Positions 40,578 through 50,980 are shown, counted from the stretch's first letter. The stretch: DNA of 64,000 nt from Patescibacteria group bacterium (GCA_036835125.1 DAITMO010000001.1:421487-485486), one strand, 5' to 3'. The notes: a model not told the origin generated them from the letters alone. Made by a program: numbers and translations.

Positions 40578-41513
40578 ATGAAGGTAATATATATAACTAA
40601 ATTCTTTTTTCCAAACATAGGGGGTGTTGAAAATCATGTATTACAAACAGTTAAAAAAGCAAACATTAATGGCATAAATACGGTAGTCATATGCTCAAAA
40701 ACAATGTCAACAATGTCATTTAAGAAAGGTAAGTTTAAATCTATTGACATAGAGATAAAGCACATTGATTACCCAAAAACTAAAATATTTGGATTAATAT
40801 ATATATGGAATTGGTTAATAAGAAACAAAAATTTATTAGCAGGTGTAAAAGTTGTTCATGTCCATGACGTAATGCTGTGGGCTATCCCATTAAGAATATT
40901 ATTTCCAAGTTTAAAATTTATAGTTACTTTTCATGGATGGGAAGAAATTTGGCCGATTCCTTTTAAAAATATATTAATAAGAAAGTTGGTAAAAAAACTA
41001 TCTAGCTATTCTTATTCTGTTGGTCATTATGTAGATAAATACTACAGAATTAAATCAAATAAGATAATTTATGGAGCAGCAGATATTCATAATTATAAAA
41101 ACCAGAAGGATGGGAATAGAATTGTGTATGTAGGTAGACTTGAAGAGAATACAGGTTTATTAAAGTTTTTAAAGTGGCTTGATAATAATCCTGGTTTTAA
41201 GGTTGATTTTTGTGGAGATGGTAATTTAAGAAGTGAGTGTGAGAGGTATGGGGAAGTACATGGATTCACTGATCCTAATCCTTTCTATAAAACATGTAAA
41301 ACTGTTGTTCCAGGAGGATACTTGGCAGCACTCGAAGCATTAAACTCTGGTTGTGATATAAAATTATTCTGGAATAATAAACTTAAAGAAGATTATTGGA
41401 AAATGTCTCCCTTTTACAAATTAAATGGGGATAAACTAAAAAAGTGGGCAAGGGCTCAAACTTGGGAAAAACTAGCAAATGAATACATCAATTTGTATAA
41501 CAGTATTAAATGA
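40578..41513 (+). CDS. glycosyltransferase family 4-like
   Basis: MKVIYITKFFFPNIGGVENHV GT4 N-terminal signature and C-terminal YVGRLEENTGL ... FCGDG motif. Confidence 0.5.
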   Translation: MKVIYITKFFFPNIGGVENHVLQTVKKANINGINTVVICSKTMSTMSFKKGKFKSIDIEIKHIDYPKTKIFGLIYIWNWLIRNKNLLAGVKVVHVHDVMLWAIPLRILFPSLKFIVTFHGWEEIWPIPFKNILIRKLVKKLSSYSYSVGHYVDKYYRIKSNKIIYGAADIHNYKNQKDGNRIVYVGRLEENTGLLKFLKWLDNNPGFKVDFCGDGNLRSECERYGEVHGFTDPNPFYKTCKTVVPGGYLAALEALNSGCDIKLFWNNKLKEDYWKMSPFYKLNGDKLKKWARAQTWEKLANEYINLYNSIK

Positions 41514-42420
41514 GGAATATTCAATAAGTAAACTTCTTGATTCTCTTCTTGTTCAATCAAAGAAATCATCCGAAATAATTATCGTTGATGGTGGCTCCAT
41601 TGATAAAACAGTAGAGATAATTAAACATTATCAAAAAAAATACTCTTTAATTAAATTGGTTGTTAATAAGTCCACTCGTGCAGAAGCAAGAAATATTGCA
41701 GTAGATTTTGCAAAGAGTGAAATTGTTGCAATGACGGATGCAGGGTGTATTACAGACCTAGATTGGTTAAAAAACATAACAACTCCATTTGAAACAGGAA
41801 AGGTTGATGTTGTTGCCGGTTTCTACACTATGACAGGAAAAACAAAACTACAGAAAGCAATGAGTGTATATATGGGAGTGACCCCTAAAAGATTTAATCA
41901 GAAATTTCTTCCTTCAACTCGTTCAATAGCTTTTACGAAAAAAATATGGGAAGAGGTTGGTGGTTTTCCTGAGAAAGCAGAAGGAACTGCTGAAGACACT
42001 TTGTTTAATCTTAAACTAGTACAAAATAAAGCAAAAATTTCACGCATGAAAAATGCAACAGTAGAGTGGGGGATGCCAGAGACAATTTCTGACTTTTATT
42101 TGAAAATAAAAAATTATGCAAAGGGTGATGCAAAGAGTAATAATTGGATATTTCCTGGTAAAGGTATAATGTCGCACAATATTAAAGCAATCTCGATCTT
42201 TTTAAGATATATATTAGCTTTTGTATTTATTGTAATTTGCCTATTCAACACTTCCCTATTTGTTTACTGGATAATGGGTCTCTTTATTTATTTATTCTGG
42301 GCTTTTAGAAAAGTGTATTTGGAATTTAGCGATTGGAAGCTAGCACTATATAGTCCTGTTCTTCAAATTGTTTCTGATTTTGCAGTGATGAGAGGATTCT
42401 TATCAGGTATAATCGGTTAA
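41479..42420 (+). CDS. glycosyltransferase family 2
   Basis: ICITVLNEEYSISKLLDSLLVQSKKSSEIIIVDGGSIDKT (GT2 N-terminus, DGGS), D-A-G acceptor region, C-terminal TM segments. Confidence 0.75.
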   Translation: MNTSICITVLNEEYSISKLLDSLLVQSKKSSEIIIVDGGSIDKTVEIIKHYQKKYSLIKLVVNKSTRAEARNIAVDFAKSEIVAMTDAGCITDLDWLKNITTPFETGKVDVVAGFYTMTGKTKLQKAMSVYMGVTPKRFNQKFLPSTRSIAFTKKIWEEVGGFPEKAEGTAEDTLFNLKLVQNKAKISRMKNATVEWGMPETISDFYLKIKNYAKGDAKSNNWIFPGKGIMSHNIKAISIFLRYILAFVFIVICLFNTSLFVYWIMGLFIYLFWAFRKVYLEFSDWKLALYSPVLQIVSDFAVMRGFLSGIIG

Positions 42421-43640
42421 TGGGTTATTTTAAAGAAACAGTTCGTGGAATTAGCTGGATGACTGCATTTCGTGCTGCATATAGAGGTCTTGGAATTGTT
42501 AGGATTGGAATAATTGCTCATATACTATCTCCATACTCACTTGGTGTTTTTGCTGTAGCTACAATTTCATTAGGGTTTCTTGAGATCATTACTGAAACAG
42601 GAATAAATGTTTTTCTAATTCAGGAAAAAGAGGATATTGAAGGTTTTATAAATTCTGCCTGGGTAGTGTCTATTGTTAGAGGAATTTTAATTGGAATACT
42701 TATTGCGGCAACTGCTGTTCCAGTTTCTAATTTTTTTGGTTCTGTTGAATCAAGAAACTTACTTTACTTAGTAGCTATTGTTCCTGTCCTTCGCGGTTTT
42801 ATTAATCCTTCTATAGTTAAATTTCAAAAAAATCTTCAGTTTAATAAAGAATTTTTTTATCGGTTTTCAATGTATTTGGCAGAATCTATTTTTTCAGTAG
42901 CCGGAGCATTATTCTTAAAAAATCCTTTAGGTCTAGTATTAGGGCTTATTGGAGGAGCTTTATACGAGATTATTTATACATTTGTTGCAGCACGTCCTCT
43001 TCCAAAGTTAGTTATTGAGTGGAATAAAGTAGTTAAAGTTATAAAAAGAGGAGTTTGGGTAACCCTCTTTGGAATATTTGATTATATTTACACACAATTT
43101 GATAATGTGATAGTAGGGCGCATGCTTGGAGTATCTCCTTTGGGTATTTATCAAAATGCATATAAAATTTCTACAACTCCTTTAACAGAAGTAGGAGATG
43201 TGTTTTTCAGAGTTACTTTCCCTGTATTTTCCAAAATATCAGACGAGGGAGTAAGACTAAAGAAGGCATTTGTCAAAAATGTTTTGGTTAATTCGGTACT
43301 TATGATAGTTGCGGGTGTAATTATTTTTATCTTTGCTTCTCCAATTGTAAATATTGTGTTTGGGCCAGGTTGGGAGGCTGCGATTCCTGTAGTTAAACTT
43401 CTTTCTATACTTGGAGTGGTAAGAGGAGTTGCTTCATCAACAAATTCCATGCTTGTTGCCAAACAAAAACAAAAATACTGTGCAATTATTACTTTTGTAA
43501 GTGCAGCAGGACTTCTTGCCTCAATTGTCCCTCTTATTAATAAATTTGGAATCATGGGAGCAGGAATTGCTGCAATTTTTGGAACAATAATTTCTCTTCC
43601 TTTTACTATCTATTTTGTTTCAAAAACCTTAAAATCCTAA
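42420..43640 (+). CDS. polysaccharide biosynthesis/flippase family membrane protein (Wzx/MOP-like)
   Basis: 406 aa, ~12 TM segments, typical oligosaccharide-flippase topology, placed inside the glycosyltransferase cluster. Confidence 0.6.
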   Translation: MGYFKETVRGISWMTAFRAAYRGLGIVRIGIIAHILSPYSLGVFAVATISLGFLEIITETGINVFLIQEKEDIEGFINSAWVVSIVRGILIGILIAATAVPVSNFFGSVESRNLLYLVAIVPVLRGFINPSIVKFQKNLQFNKEFFYRFSMYLAESIFSVAGALFLKNPLGLVLGLIGGALYEIIYTFVAARPLPKLVIEWNKVVKVIKRGVWVTLFGIFDYIYTQFDNVIVGRMLGVSPLGIYQNAYKISTTPLTEVGDVFFRVTFPVFSKISDEGVRLKKAFVKNVLVNSVLMIVAGVIIFIFASPIVNIVFGPGWEAAIPVVKLLSILGVVRGVASSTNSMLVAKQKQKYCAIITFVSAAGLLASIVPLINKFGIMGAGIAAIFGTIISLPFTIYFVSKTLKS

Positions 43641-43644
43641 GGCA

Positions 43645-45660
43645 ATGAAAGATTTTAGGAAACTATCAAAAATTCTTTTTATCAATCAATCTTTGAGTAT
43701 TGGTGGAGCAGAAAATTTTGTCCTCGCACTTTTTTCTTGGTTTGTTAAAAATGGAGTTAATGTTAAAGCCTATACCAATTCAACTTCTTTTATTGGAAAA
43801 CTAAAAAAAAGTGGAATAAAGACCAAAAGGATTCCAATTGTTATAGATATCATTGGTGATTGGAAAGGATTTTTAAAAGGAGTAATACTTTTTATACCTG
43901 GAGTTATTTATTATGCAAAATTAGTATTTCAAAATAGAAATGAAGGAGTGGTGTTCCTTTCGGGATATATTGAAAAGATTCTGGTAACACCCTGGACAAA
44001 ACTTTTAAACATTCCAACGGTTTGGGTTGAGCACGGTCCGCTTGCCCCAATTCTCAACAAGTTTTTTGGTATACCAAAGACTTTATACAGGTTTGTTTCA
44101 AAGTATCCAGATTATGTTATTTTTCCAAGTCATTTTTCGATGGAAAGTAACATTAAAATTTCAGGAATTGATAAGAAAAAAATGTTAGTAGTTAATGATG
44201 GGATAATTCCCATAAAAAGATATCCAGGAAAAATTATTCCAAATACAGCATATTGTGCATCTCGTCTTGAAGAAGGAAAAGGTCAGGATATCCTTATTAA
44301 AGCTTGGAAGAAAGTTATAGAAGTTTTCCCTGAAGCAAAACTTTATATTATTGGAACAGGAGACTTTCGTATTAAACTAGAGAAGCTTATAGAAGAGTTA
44401 CAACTTCAAAAAAACGTTATTCTAACAGGTTGGATAAAAGAAATAGCATCAAAGGCTTCATTTGCCGAACTTGGGGTTTTCCCTTCTGTTTGGGATTTGG
44501 AAGGGTTTGGCGTGGTTCTCCTTGAAGCAATGAATATGAGCAAACCCACCATTTGTTTTGATCATGGTCCCTACTCAGAGGTTGTTGATAGTAAATGTGC
44601 TGTGATAGTAAAAGAAAAAAGTCCTGAAGCTTTGGCAAGGGCAATTGTTAAAGTGTTTTCAGATAAAAAGCTGTCAGATAGTTTGGGTAAAAATGGAAGA
44701 ATAAGATTTAACAAACTTTTTACAATTAACATTTGTGGTTTGGAATATGGGAAAGTATTTGAAAAAGCGATAATGGATAGAACTCTATTTAAGAGAAGCT
44801 CTAGGTTTTCAATATATTTATATGATTTAATGAACAAAGGTTTAACTTTATTTATCACCGAGAGAATTAAAAAACGAAAACTTGGTAGAAAACTCTTTTA
44901 TCTTTTTAAAAAGCCGTATGTAAACGTCTTAGGAAAGAAATTATACATAAACAAAATGGATACTGTTGTTTCAGAAAGTCTTTTGGGGAAAGAAACCTGG
45001 GAGCCACAAATGACAAAACTTCTTTTAAAATATCTTTCTAAATATAGAACTTTTGTTGATATTGGAGCGAATATTGGATATTTTAGCTTGATCATCGGTA
45101 ATACTCTTATAGACAAAGGAAAGGTGTTTGCTTTTGAACCTGCTAGTAATAATTTTAAGTTTTTAGAAAAAACAATTAATGAAGCGAATTTGGGAAACAT
45201 TACGATTGAGAAATTGGCTCTAGGAGATAGTGAATCAGAAGGTTTTATTTATCTTAATGATGAAAATTTTGGAGACCAGAGACTTTGGGGAGAAAAAACC
45301 AAGAAAAAAGAGAAAATTCAAATTACAACACTTGATAGATATTTTTCTAATATTTCAACAAACCCGGAATTGGTTAAGATTGATGTTCAAGGATATGAGT
45401 TAAAAGTATTAAAAGGTGCAATAAGTCTATTAAAAAAGAAACGTATAAAAGTAATAGTTAGTGAGCTTTGGCCGAGTGGTTTAAAAAGTGCAGGTGATTC
45501 TTGGGAGAAATATGTAGCATACTTAAGAAAATACGGATTTAATCTATTTGAAATTTTGGATTCAGGAAAGACAATTCCATTTTCTGATAGATATATAAAA
45601 GAAGAATATTTAGAAGACAATGAATTTACAACAAATATATTAGCAATACTCAAAAGATGA
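43645..45660 (+). CDS. glycosyltransferase family 4 fused to FkbM-family methyltransferase
   Basis: N-terminal ~370 aa: GT1/GT4 C-domain EGFGVVLLEAMNMSKPTICFDHGPYSEVV. C-terminal ~240 aa: TFVDIGANIGYFSL ... FAFEPASNNFKFL (FkbM/Methyltransf_21 signature). Confidence 0.65.
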   Translation: MKDFRKLSKILFINQSLSIGGAENFVLALFSWFVKNGVNVKAYTNSTSFIGKLKKSGIKTKRIPIVIDIIGDWKGFLKGVILFIPGVIYYAKLVFQNRNEGVVFLSGYIEKILVTPWTKLLNIPTVWVEHGPLAPILNKFFGIPKTLYRFVSKYPDYVIFPSHFSMESNIKISGIDKKKMLVVNDGIIPIKRYPGKIIPNTAYCASRLEEGKGQDILIKAWKKVIEVFPEAKLYIIGTGDFRIKLEKLIEELQLQKNVILTGWIKEIASKASFAELGVFPSVWDLEGFGVVLLEAMNMSKPTICFDHGPYSEVVDSKCAVIVKEKSPEALARAIVKVFSDKKLSDSLGKNGRIRFNKLFTINICGLEYGKVFEKAIMDRTLFKRSSRFSIYLYDLMNKGLTLFITERIKKRKLGRKLFYLFKKPYVNVLGKKLYINKMDTVVSESLLGKETWEPQMTKLLLKYLSKYRTFVDIGANIGYFSLIIGNTLIDKGKVFAFEPASNNFKFLEKTINEANLGNITIEKLALGDSESEGFIYLNDENFGDQRLWGEKTKKKEKIQITTLDRYFSNISTNPELVKIDVQGYELKVLKGAISLLKKKRIKVIVSELWPSGLKSAGDSWEKYVAYLRKYGFNLFEILDSGKTIPFSDRYIKEEYLEDNEFTTNILAILKR

Positions 45661-47069
45661 AACCTAAAAAAAGATTATTAGTACCACTCACAATAATTTT
45701 AATAACTCTTCTTGCACTTATTTTGAGATTCTATAGATTTTATCCAAACTTAATTTTTAATGGTGAGATGGGAACGGACTACATAAATGTCTGGAACATG
45801 CTTTATAATAATCGCACATGGTTAATTGGACCAAGAACTTCTCATGAATGGTTTTTTATTCCCCCTTTTGCCTACTATATTTATGCAGGTGTAATGTTTT
45901 TGGGAAAAATGAGCCCAATATCAATAAATGTATTTTGGGGAATTGTTGGTAGTATTGCAGTACCAATTTGCTATTTCTATATCAAAAAATTGTTTGATAC
46001 GAAAACTGCCTTGATTTCTGCATTATTTATTGCAGTTTCACCTGCATGGATCACCCAAACCCGTGATGCACGTTATAACCTCCTTGTTTCAATTCTATTT
46101 CTGCCATATTTATATTATTTAAAAAGATCAGTAGAAGATAAGGGAAAAAGTCTTCTAAAGCTTGGTTTGGTTTTGGGTCTTATGATGAGTTTTTTCCCAA
46201 GCCCACTTCTGCTTATTCCGGGAGTATTGATAAGCTTTGCGTTTTTTAAAGTTAAACCAAGGTTAAAATATGTTGGAAATTTTATTTTAGGATTTATAAT
46301 TCCAAACATAACATTTTTAATTTATGAAATTGGAAACAGATTTGAAATAACAACAAAACTTATTACTTGGATTCCTTATAGAATATTAGGATTTTTTGGT
46401 TTTTATCCTAAAAACACAATAGATAGTGAAATATTTACTCAAAATACAATTTCAATTTATAGATTTATATCTAGTTTGTTTTCACTAAAGATTGGAATGA
46501 TAGCGGGTTCCATTTTTGTATTATTAACACTTGGACTTATTGTTTATTCAATCAGAAATTACAATAATAGAAAAAAAGAAGTTTCCTATTACCTTCTTTT
46601 AATCAATTTACTAACGTGTGTGGTTGGACTTTTTGTACATGGAAATCCTCCATCTCATTATTACTACACAATCTATGCAGTTCCTTTAGTTTTTCTTGCA
46701 TATTTCATGGTTAGATTATTTAAAAGTAAGTTTCTTCTTTGGCTTTCTGTAATATCGATTGGTGGAATTTGTATTTCATCTCTAATTACCGATAAATGGT
46801 TTTTCCAAGACAGATTGCCAGTAGACTATCAAAATAGACCAGTTGCCTATGAAACACAAATAAAATTGGCAGACTCTATTATTCAAATGTCACAAGGAAG
46901 ACCCTTTAATCTTAAAAGAATTGGGACAAATGATCATTTTGAAAATAATTTTGCTAATAATTATATCTATCTTTTATTATTGAAAGGGGTTAAGGTTGAT
47001 CTAAACTCAACAGATACATATACAATAGTTGAAGAACCCAATAACGTTTTTGTATATAAAGAATATTAA
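45657..47069 (+). CDS. GT-C fold membrane glycosyltransferase (GT39/ArnT/PMT-like)
   Basis: 470 aa, ~11 TM segments, N-terminal loop FNGEMGTDYINVWN typical of ArnT/PMT-like GT-C enzymes. Confidence 0.55.
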   Translation: MKPKKRLLVPLTIILITLLALILRFYRFYPNLIFNGEMGTDYINVWNMLYNNRTWLIGPRTSHEWFFIPPFAYYIYAGVMFLGKMSPISINVFWGIVGSIAVPICYFYIKKLFDTKTALISALFIAVSPAWITQTRDARYNLLVSILFLPYLYYLKRSVEDKGKSLLKLGLVLGLMMSFFPSPLLLIPGVLISFAFFKVKPRLKYVGNFILGFIIPNITFLIYEIGNRFEITTKLITWIPYRILGFFGFYPKNTIDSEIFTQNTISIYRFISSLFSLKIGMIAGSIFVLLTLGLIVYSIRNYNNRKKEVSYYLLLINLLTCVVGLFVHGNPPSHYYYTIYAVPLVFLAYFMVRLFKSKFLLWLSVISIGGICISSLITDKWFFQDRLPVDYQNRPVAYETQIKLADSIIQMSQGRPFNLKRIGTNDHFENNFANNYIYLLLLKGVKVDLNSTDTYTIVEEPNNVFVYKEY

Positions 47070-47641
47070 TGAAATACGAAATAATCACTCTTAATCAGAA
47101 GAATATTACTGATTTTGCCATGGCTAGAAATGAGCTTTTGAAAAGAGTAAAAAAAGATTGGGTGTTATTTTTGGATACAGACGAAAGGCTCTCATCAGAG
47201 TTAAAAAGAGAAATTGATAATATTGATTTAAAAAACTACAGTGGATTTTACATTAAAAGAAAAATTAATTTTTTGGGTAAAAATGTAGGTGAAGATAAAG
47301 TTTTACGTTTTGCCAAAAAAAACGCAGGTATGTGGCAAAGAGCAGTTCATGAGAAGTGGATTATAAAAGGGAAAACAAAAATTCTAATGAATTATATAAT
47401 TCATGACACGGCAAGTGATTTACATTCATACATTGATAAAATTAATTATTATTCGACTATTCATGCCAGAGAGAATATGAAGGAGGGGAAGAAATCAAAT
47501 CTTTTTAAAATTATTTTCTTTCCATTTGCAAAATTTATTCAAAACATACTCTTGGGACGTGGGGTTCTATTTAGCATGTTACAATCATTACATTCATTTC
47601 TAGGATGGAGTAAATTATGGGAATTACAACAAAAGCATTAG
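47069..47641 (+). CDS. short glycosyltransferase family 2-like protein
   Basis: NITDFAMARNELLKRVKKDWVLFLDTDERLS matches the GT2 region around the DxD motif, but the ~50 N-terminal residues of a typical GT2 are missing; 190 aa. Confidence 0.45.
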   Translation: MKYEIITLNQKNITDFAMARNELLKRVKKDWVLFLDTDERLSSELKREIDNIDLKNYSGFYIKRKINFLGKNVGEDKVLRFAKKNAGMWQRAVHEKWIIKGKTKILMNYIIHDTASDLHSYIDKINYYSTIHARENMKEGKKSNLFKIIFFPFAKFIQNILLGRGVLFSMLQSLHSFLGWSKLWELQQKH

Positions 47642-48813
47642 TTTTGGTAAAAAAGATTTTTTCCTTTGAATATTTATTTGTGTTTTTGTTTTTATGTCTT
47701 CTTCCTTTTGGTCAATTGGGCCGTTTTAACATTCACATAGGTAGTTTTACAGTGCCATTCCTACTTGCAGATGCTGCTGTTGGTTTAGGGGCTTTATATA
47801 GCATCATTTTTCAAAAAAAGAGAACAATGATTTTTAAGTATTTGATGTTTTTCCTTTTTGCCTGTCTTTTTTCGTTTATTTTGTCCTATTTCTATTTTGG
47901 TACAAAAATTATCTATGGATCACTTTATCTTCTTCGTATTTCTTCCTATTTTATTTTTGTAAATTATGTTTGGAATTATATAAAAGGAATTGAAAAGAGA
48001 AGAAGGCTTCTGGTTGACAGTTTAATTGCAGTTTCAATAATCTCAGCCTTATTTGGATGGATTCAAATGGTGGTATTACCTGATTTAAAAATCCTTTTCT
48101 ATATAGGTTGGGATATGCATCTTTTTAGACTTGCGGGAACATTTTTTGATCCAACATTTCTAGGCTTGATAATTGTTTTTGGACTTCTAATATCAATAAA
48201 CAGATATTTTGAGGTAAAGAAAAAATTCTATATTGCAATAATACTGTTTCTATTAATTTCTCTAGCGTTTACATATACAAGAGCATGTTTTCTAGCTTTT
48301 TTGGGAGGATTAACTGTTTTAGCATATGTAAAGAAAAAACTAAAAGTATTTATTGGTCTTTTGGTTGGATTAGCTTTAATGTTATTTCTTCTTCCAACCA
48401 GCGGTAACTTAAGTAATAAACTAACAAGAACTTTTAGTATTGATGCCAGACTTCAAAATTACAAAGAAGCGGAAAATATAATAGAAAAATACCCTCTATT
48501 TGGTGTGGGGTATAACAATTTCTGTGTTGCAAGAAATATTTATATTGGAGAAGAAGAATACTCTTCTCATGCATGTTCTGGGTCTGACTCGAGTTTGCTA
48601 TTAGTTTTGGGAACAACAGGAATTGTGGGACTAATGGTTTTTATCGGAATGATTATAAAAACAAGGTTATTTATAAAAAAGGACAGTTATGGAGTATTGC
48701 TTACAGCTATTTTAGTTTCTGTATTTACCCACAGCCTATTTTCAAACTCACTATTCTATCCGTTTACCTTGGGGTATATAGCAATTATTCTGGCAACTTC
48801 ACTTAAGGAGTAA
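47617..48813 (+). CDS. O-antigen ligase/polymerase (Wzy_C) family membrane protein
   Basis: 398 aa, ~10 TM segments, Wzy_C-like loop (TYTRACFLAFLGG ... periplasmic loop). Confidence 0.6.
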   Translation: MGITTKALVLVKKIFSFEYLFVFLFLCLLPFGQLGRFNIHIGSFTVPFLLADAAVGLGALYSIIFQKKRTMIFKYLMFFLFACLFSFILSYFYFGTKIIYGSLYLLRISSYFIFVNYVWNYIKGIEKRRRLLVDSLIAVSIISALFGWIQMVVLPDLKILFYIGWDMHLFRLAGTFFDPTFLGLIIVFGLLISINRYFEVKKKFYIAIILFLLISLAFTYTRACFLAFLGGLTVLAYVKKKLKVFIGLLVGLALMLFLLPTSGNLSNKLTRTFSIDARLQNYKEAENIIEKYPLFGVGYNNFCVARNIYIGEEEYSSHACSGSDSSLLLVLGTTGIVGLMVFIGMIIKTRLFIKKDSYGVLLTAILVSVFTHSLFSNSLFYPFTLGYIAIILATSLKE

Positions 48814-49507
48814 AGTTTAGGGTTATACTTTTTTCTGTGGTATTTTCTGCTTTATCCTTAGCTTTAACACTAAAAGTGTTAGCTCCTTCGTTTAGTGTGG
48901 TTGTATATTGAAATTTGCCTTCATCGTCAATTGTAATAAATCTATCGTTTATTGTAATTTGTACATCAGTTTCTGTTTCTCCTTGAATGGTAACCTGTCT
49001 TTGACCTGATCCATAATAACTAGAATTATCAGTTGGAGAAGTAATAGACAAATCGGGTGGTTCATTATCAAACGTTATTTGGTGATCATCTGATTTTTGA
49101 CTCATGTTTCCTGCTTGGTCTATTGCTATAGCGTTAAAAGAATTTATACCATTACCCAGGTTTAGAGTAAAAGAAAATTGACCATTATTATCAGACAGCA
49201 CTTCTTGCTCCTCTCCATTAAAAGTTAATTTGACTGTTGCACCCCCCTCAGTATTGCCTAGAAGTGTCACACTTTTTTGATTTGTGTATTCGTTAAAATA
49301 TTTAAACTTTGGTGGTGGAGGTGGAGTTGTGTCAGAACTAACTATGGAACCACCTTTTCCTTTGAATCCTGAGACCAAAGAGGCAAGTTTTCCTAATGCA
49401 GGAATACCTAAAAAGTACAAAATAGCCAATGCTGCAATTGTGAGTCCAATGTATAAAAGAGCGCTTCTAGTATTTTTCTTTTGTTCGTAATTAATGTATT
49501 TTCTCAT
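48803..49507 (-). CDS. membrane-anchored protein with tandem bacterial Ig-like domains
   Basis: N-terminal TM, Pro-rich linker (PPPPPKF), then two ~80-aa beta-rich repeats (VTLLGNTEGGATVKLTFNGEEQ ... / VTIQGETETDVQITINDRF ...). Confidence 0.5.
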   Translation of the reverse strand: MRKYINYEQKKNTRSALLYIGLTIAALAILYFLGIPALGKLASLVSGFKGKGGSIVSSDTTPPPPPKFKYFNEYTNQKSVTLLGNTEGGATVKLTFNGEEQEVLSDNNGQFSFTLNLGNGINSFNAIAIDQAGNMSQKSDDHQITFDNEPPDLSITSPTDNSSYYGSGQRQVTIQGETETDVQITINDRFITIDDEGKFQYTTTLNEGANTFSVKAKDKAENTTEKSITLNFTP

Positions 49508-49514
49508 TATCTTG

Positions 49515-49587
49515 AGCCGAGGGTGGGGATCGAACCCACTACCTGCGGTTTACGATACCGCCGCTCTACCAACTGAGCTACCTCGGC
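49515..49587 (-). tRNA. tRNA-Thr (anticodon CGU)
   Basis: Reverse complement folds as acceptor gccgagg/cctcggc, D-arm gctc-agttggta-gagc, anticodon arm gcggt-atCGTaa-accgc, T-arm gtggg-ttcgatc-cccac, discriminator U; 73 nt, no CCA. Confidence 0.85.
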
Positions 49588-49618
49588 AAGGTAGTCAATT
49601 ATATCATTTACTCTCTTT

Positions 49619-49633
49619 TGGAGCGGGTGAGCG
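49619..49633. repeat. 15-bp direct repeat identical to the 3' end of tRNA-Gly (att-like; partner at 51032..51046)
   Basis: tggagcgggtgagcg is identical at 49619-49633 and 51032-51046. Flanks diverge immediately, and the second copy is the 3' acceptor/CCA end of the minus-strand tRNA-Gly. Confidence 0.8.
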
Positions 49634-49960
49634 TAATTGGCTCGGACCTATTTAGCCAGGACGAGTATATCAAACAATATCTACTCGATCCCACCTTACC
49701 ACTTATTTTTAAAGTTAAAATAGGTCTTCGCTATTACATTACCAGTGACCTTATTTTACAGCTAAACGTATTCAAAGACTATCTTGAGAAAATTAATCCA
49801 TTTCTGTTTCGAGATATATTTGGTAAACATCGCAAAGATCGAAAAATATGCTAACATTTGGATACCGAATGATCCCTGTAGTGAAAGTACCTTATTTTAG
49901 GAAGCGAATGTTGACAGTTAATTACTGATCCATCTTGGCTACAGGGACCGAAATTTATTT

Positions 49961-50491
49961 ATGATCGAAACACACCCGTTTGGAAGTTTTGTTCCTCCTA
50001 AAGCAAAATATTTATTACTGGGAAGCTTTACGACCAAAGAAGCTTTTGATGACAAGAAAAAAGCAGCCTACGTTTGGTTTTACTCCAATGGCGGAAGAAA
50101 TCAGTTTTGGCCAATTTTACAAGAGATCTATGGAATTAAGCTGCAAACCAGGGATGAGATGCAACAACTTTTTACCGATTTGTATATGGCTCTGGCGGAT
50201 ATTATTTATCAGTGCGAAAGAAAGAAGACAAGTAATTTGGATATTAACCTAACAAATATTGTTTACGCGTTGGATGACATAACCAAGATTTTAAAAGAAA
50301 ATAAGATCGAAAAAATATTTTTTTCTAGTCGATTCGTCGAAAATACATTCCGACGAGTTTTTAAACATGTTGTAAACCAATATCCTAAGATAGAACTGAT
50401 TACATTACCAAGTCCATCTCCACGGTACGTCCAAATGACAAAGATTGAGAAAGTTAAACGGTATAAAGAATTATTACCCAAACTAAGGTAA
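49961..50491 (+). CDS. uracil-DNA glycosylase superfamily protein (Mug/TDG-like)
   Basis: YLLLGSFTTKEAF ... YSNGGRNQFWPIL (compare Mug GINPG ... NRFW) and C-terminal LPSPSPRY (UDG motif B, HPS/LPNPS-like). Confidence 0.5.
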   Translation: MIETHPFGSFVPPKAKYLLLGSFTTKEAFDDKKKAAYVWFYSNGGRNQFWPILQEIYGIKLQTRDEMQQLFTDLYMALADIIYQCERKKTSNLDINLTNIVYALDDITKILKENKIEKIFFSSRFVENTFRRVFKHVVNQYPKIELITLPSPSPRYVQMTKIEKVKRYKELLPKLR

Positions 50492-50980
50492 TACTTGCAA
50501 GACTTGATCTATAATTGACTCATTCTTGTCAAATATAAATTCTGCTTCGACATCTTTTCCTTCAAGAACTAAAGGTAACCAAAGTTTTTCGTCAGGCCAC
50601 ATCTTTTCAAACGGAATGTCATCTTTATTGAACCATTGTGGATTCATTTCTTCTGTTTCAACAGGATCGCCATTCCATTCACTGACCAAAAATACGCTAA
50701 CTTGTTGACCCCATTCTGGATTGTCGGGGAAATAGCACTTCAAAGTCGCTTTTTTGGTTAAGTTGCTAACAACAACATTAATTTCTTCTTGAGTCTCCCG
50801 TATCGCTGCATTTTCAATAGTTTCATCATCATTCTTCTTTCCGCCAATTCCATTAAACTTTCCAACAGCAAAACCACGCTTTTTCATAGCCAAAAGGACT
50901 TGATCTCCTTTAATTAGAAAACACAAAGTGGCTTGTCGAAGGGGATGTGTGAATGATTTTTTATAGTCAAAAATATTCAT
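50483..50980 (-). CDS. NUDIX hydrolase
   Basis: Nudix box GGKKNDDETIENAAIRETQEEINV (Gx5Ex7REUxEExGU); 165 aa. Confidence 0.8.
   Translation of the reverse strand: MNIFDYKKSFTHPLRQATLCFLIKGDQVLLAMKKRGFAVGKFNGIGGKKNDDETIENAAIRETQEEINVVVSNLTKKATLKCYFPDNPEWGQQVSVFLVSEWNGDPVETEEMNPQWFNKDDIPFEKMWPDEKLWLPLVLEGKDVEAEFIFDKNESIIDQVLQVLP

Noticed and set aside
49634-49700. Second degenerate tRNA copy next to the 15-bp repeat
   Set aside because: Beyond the 15 shared nucleotides the sequence cannot form T- or acceptor arms; interpreted as an att remnant, not a tRNA pseudogene.
49618-49854. 78-aa ORF (TTG start) immediately after tRNA-Thr
   Set aside because: It begins inside the 15-bp tRNA-Gly 3'-end repeat, has no RBS or recognisable domain, and needs a non-ATG start; treated as noncoding leader of the islet.
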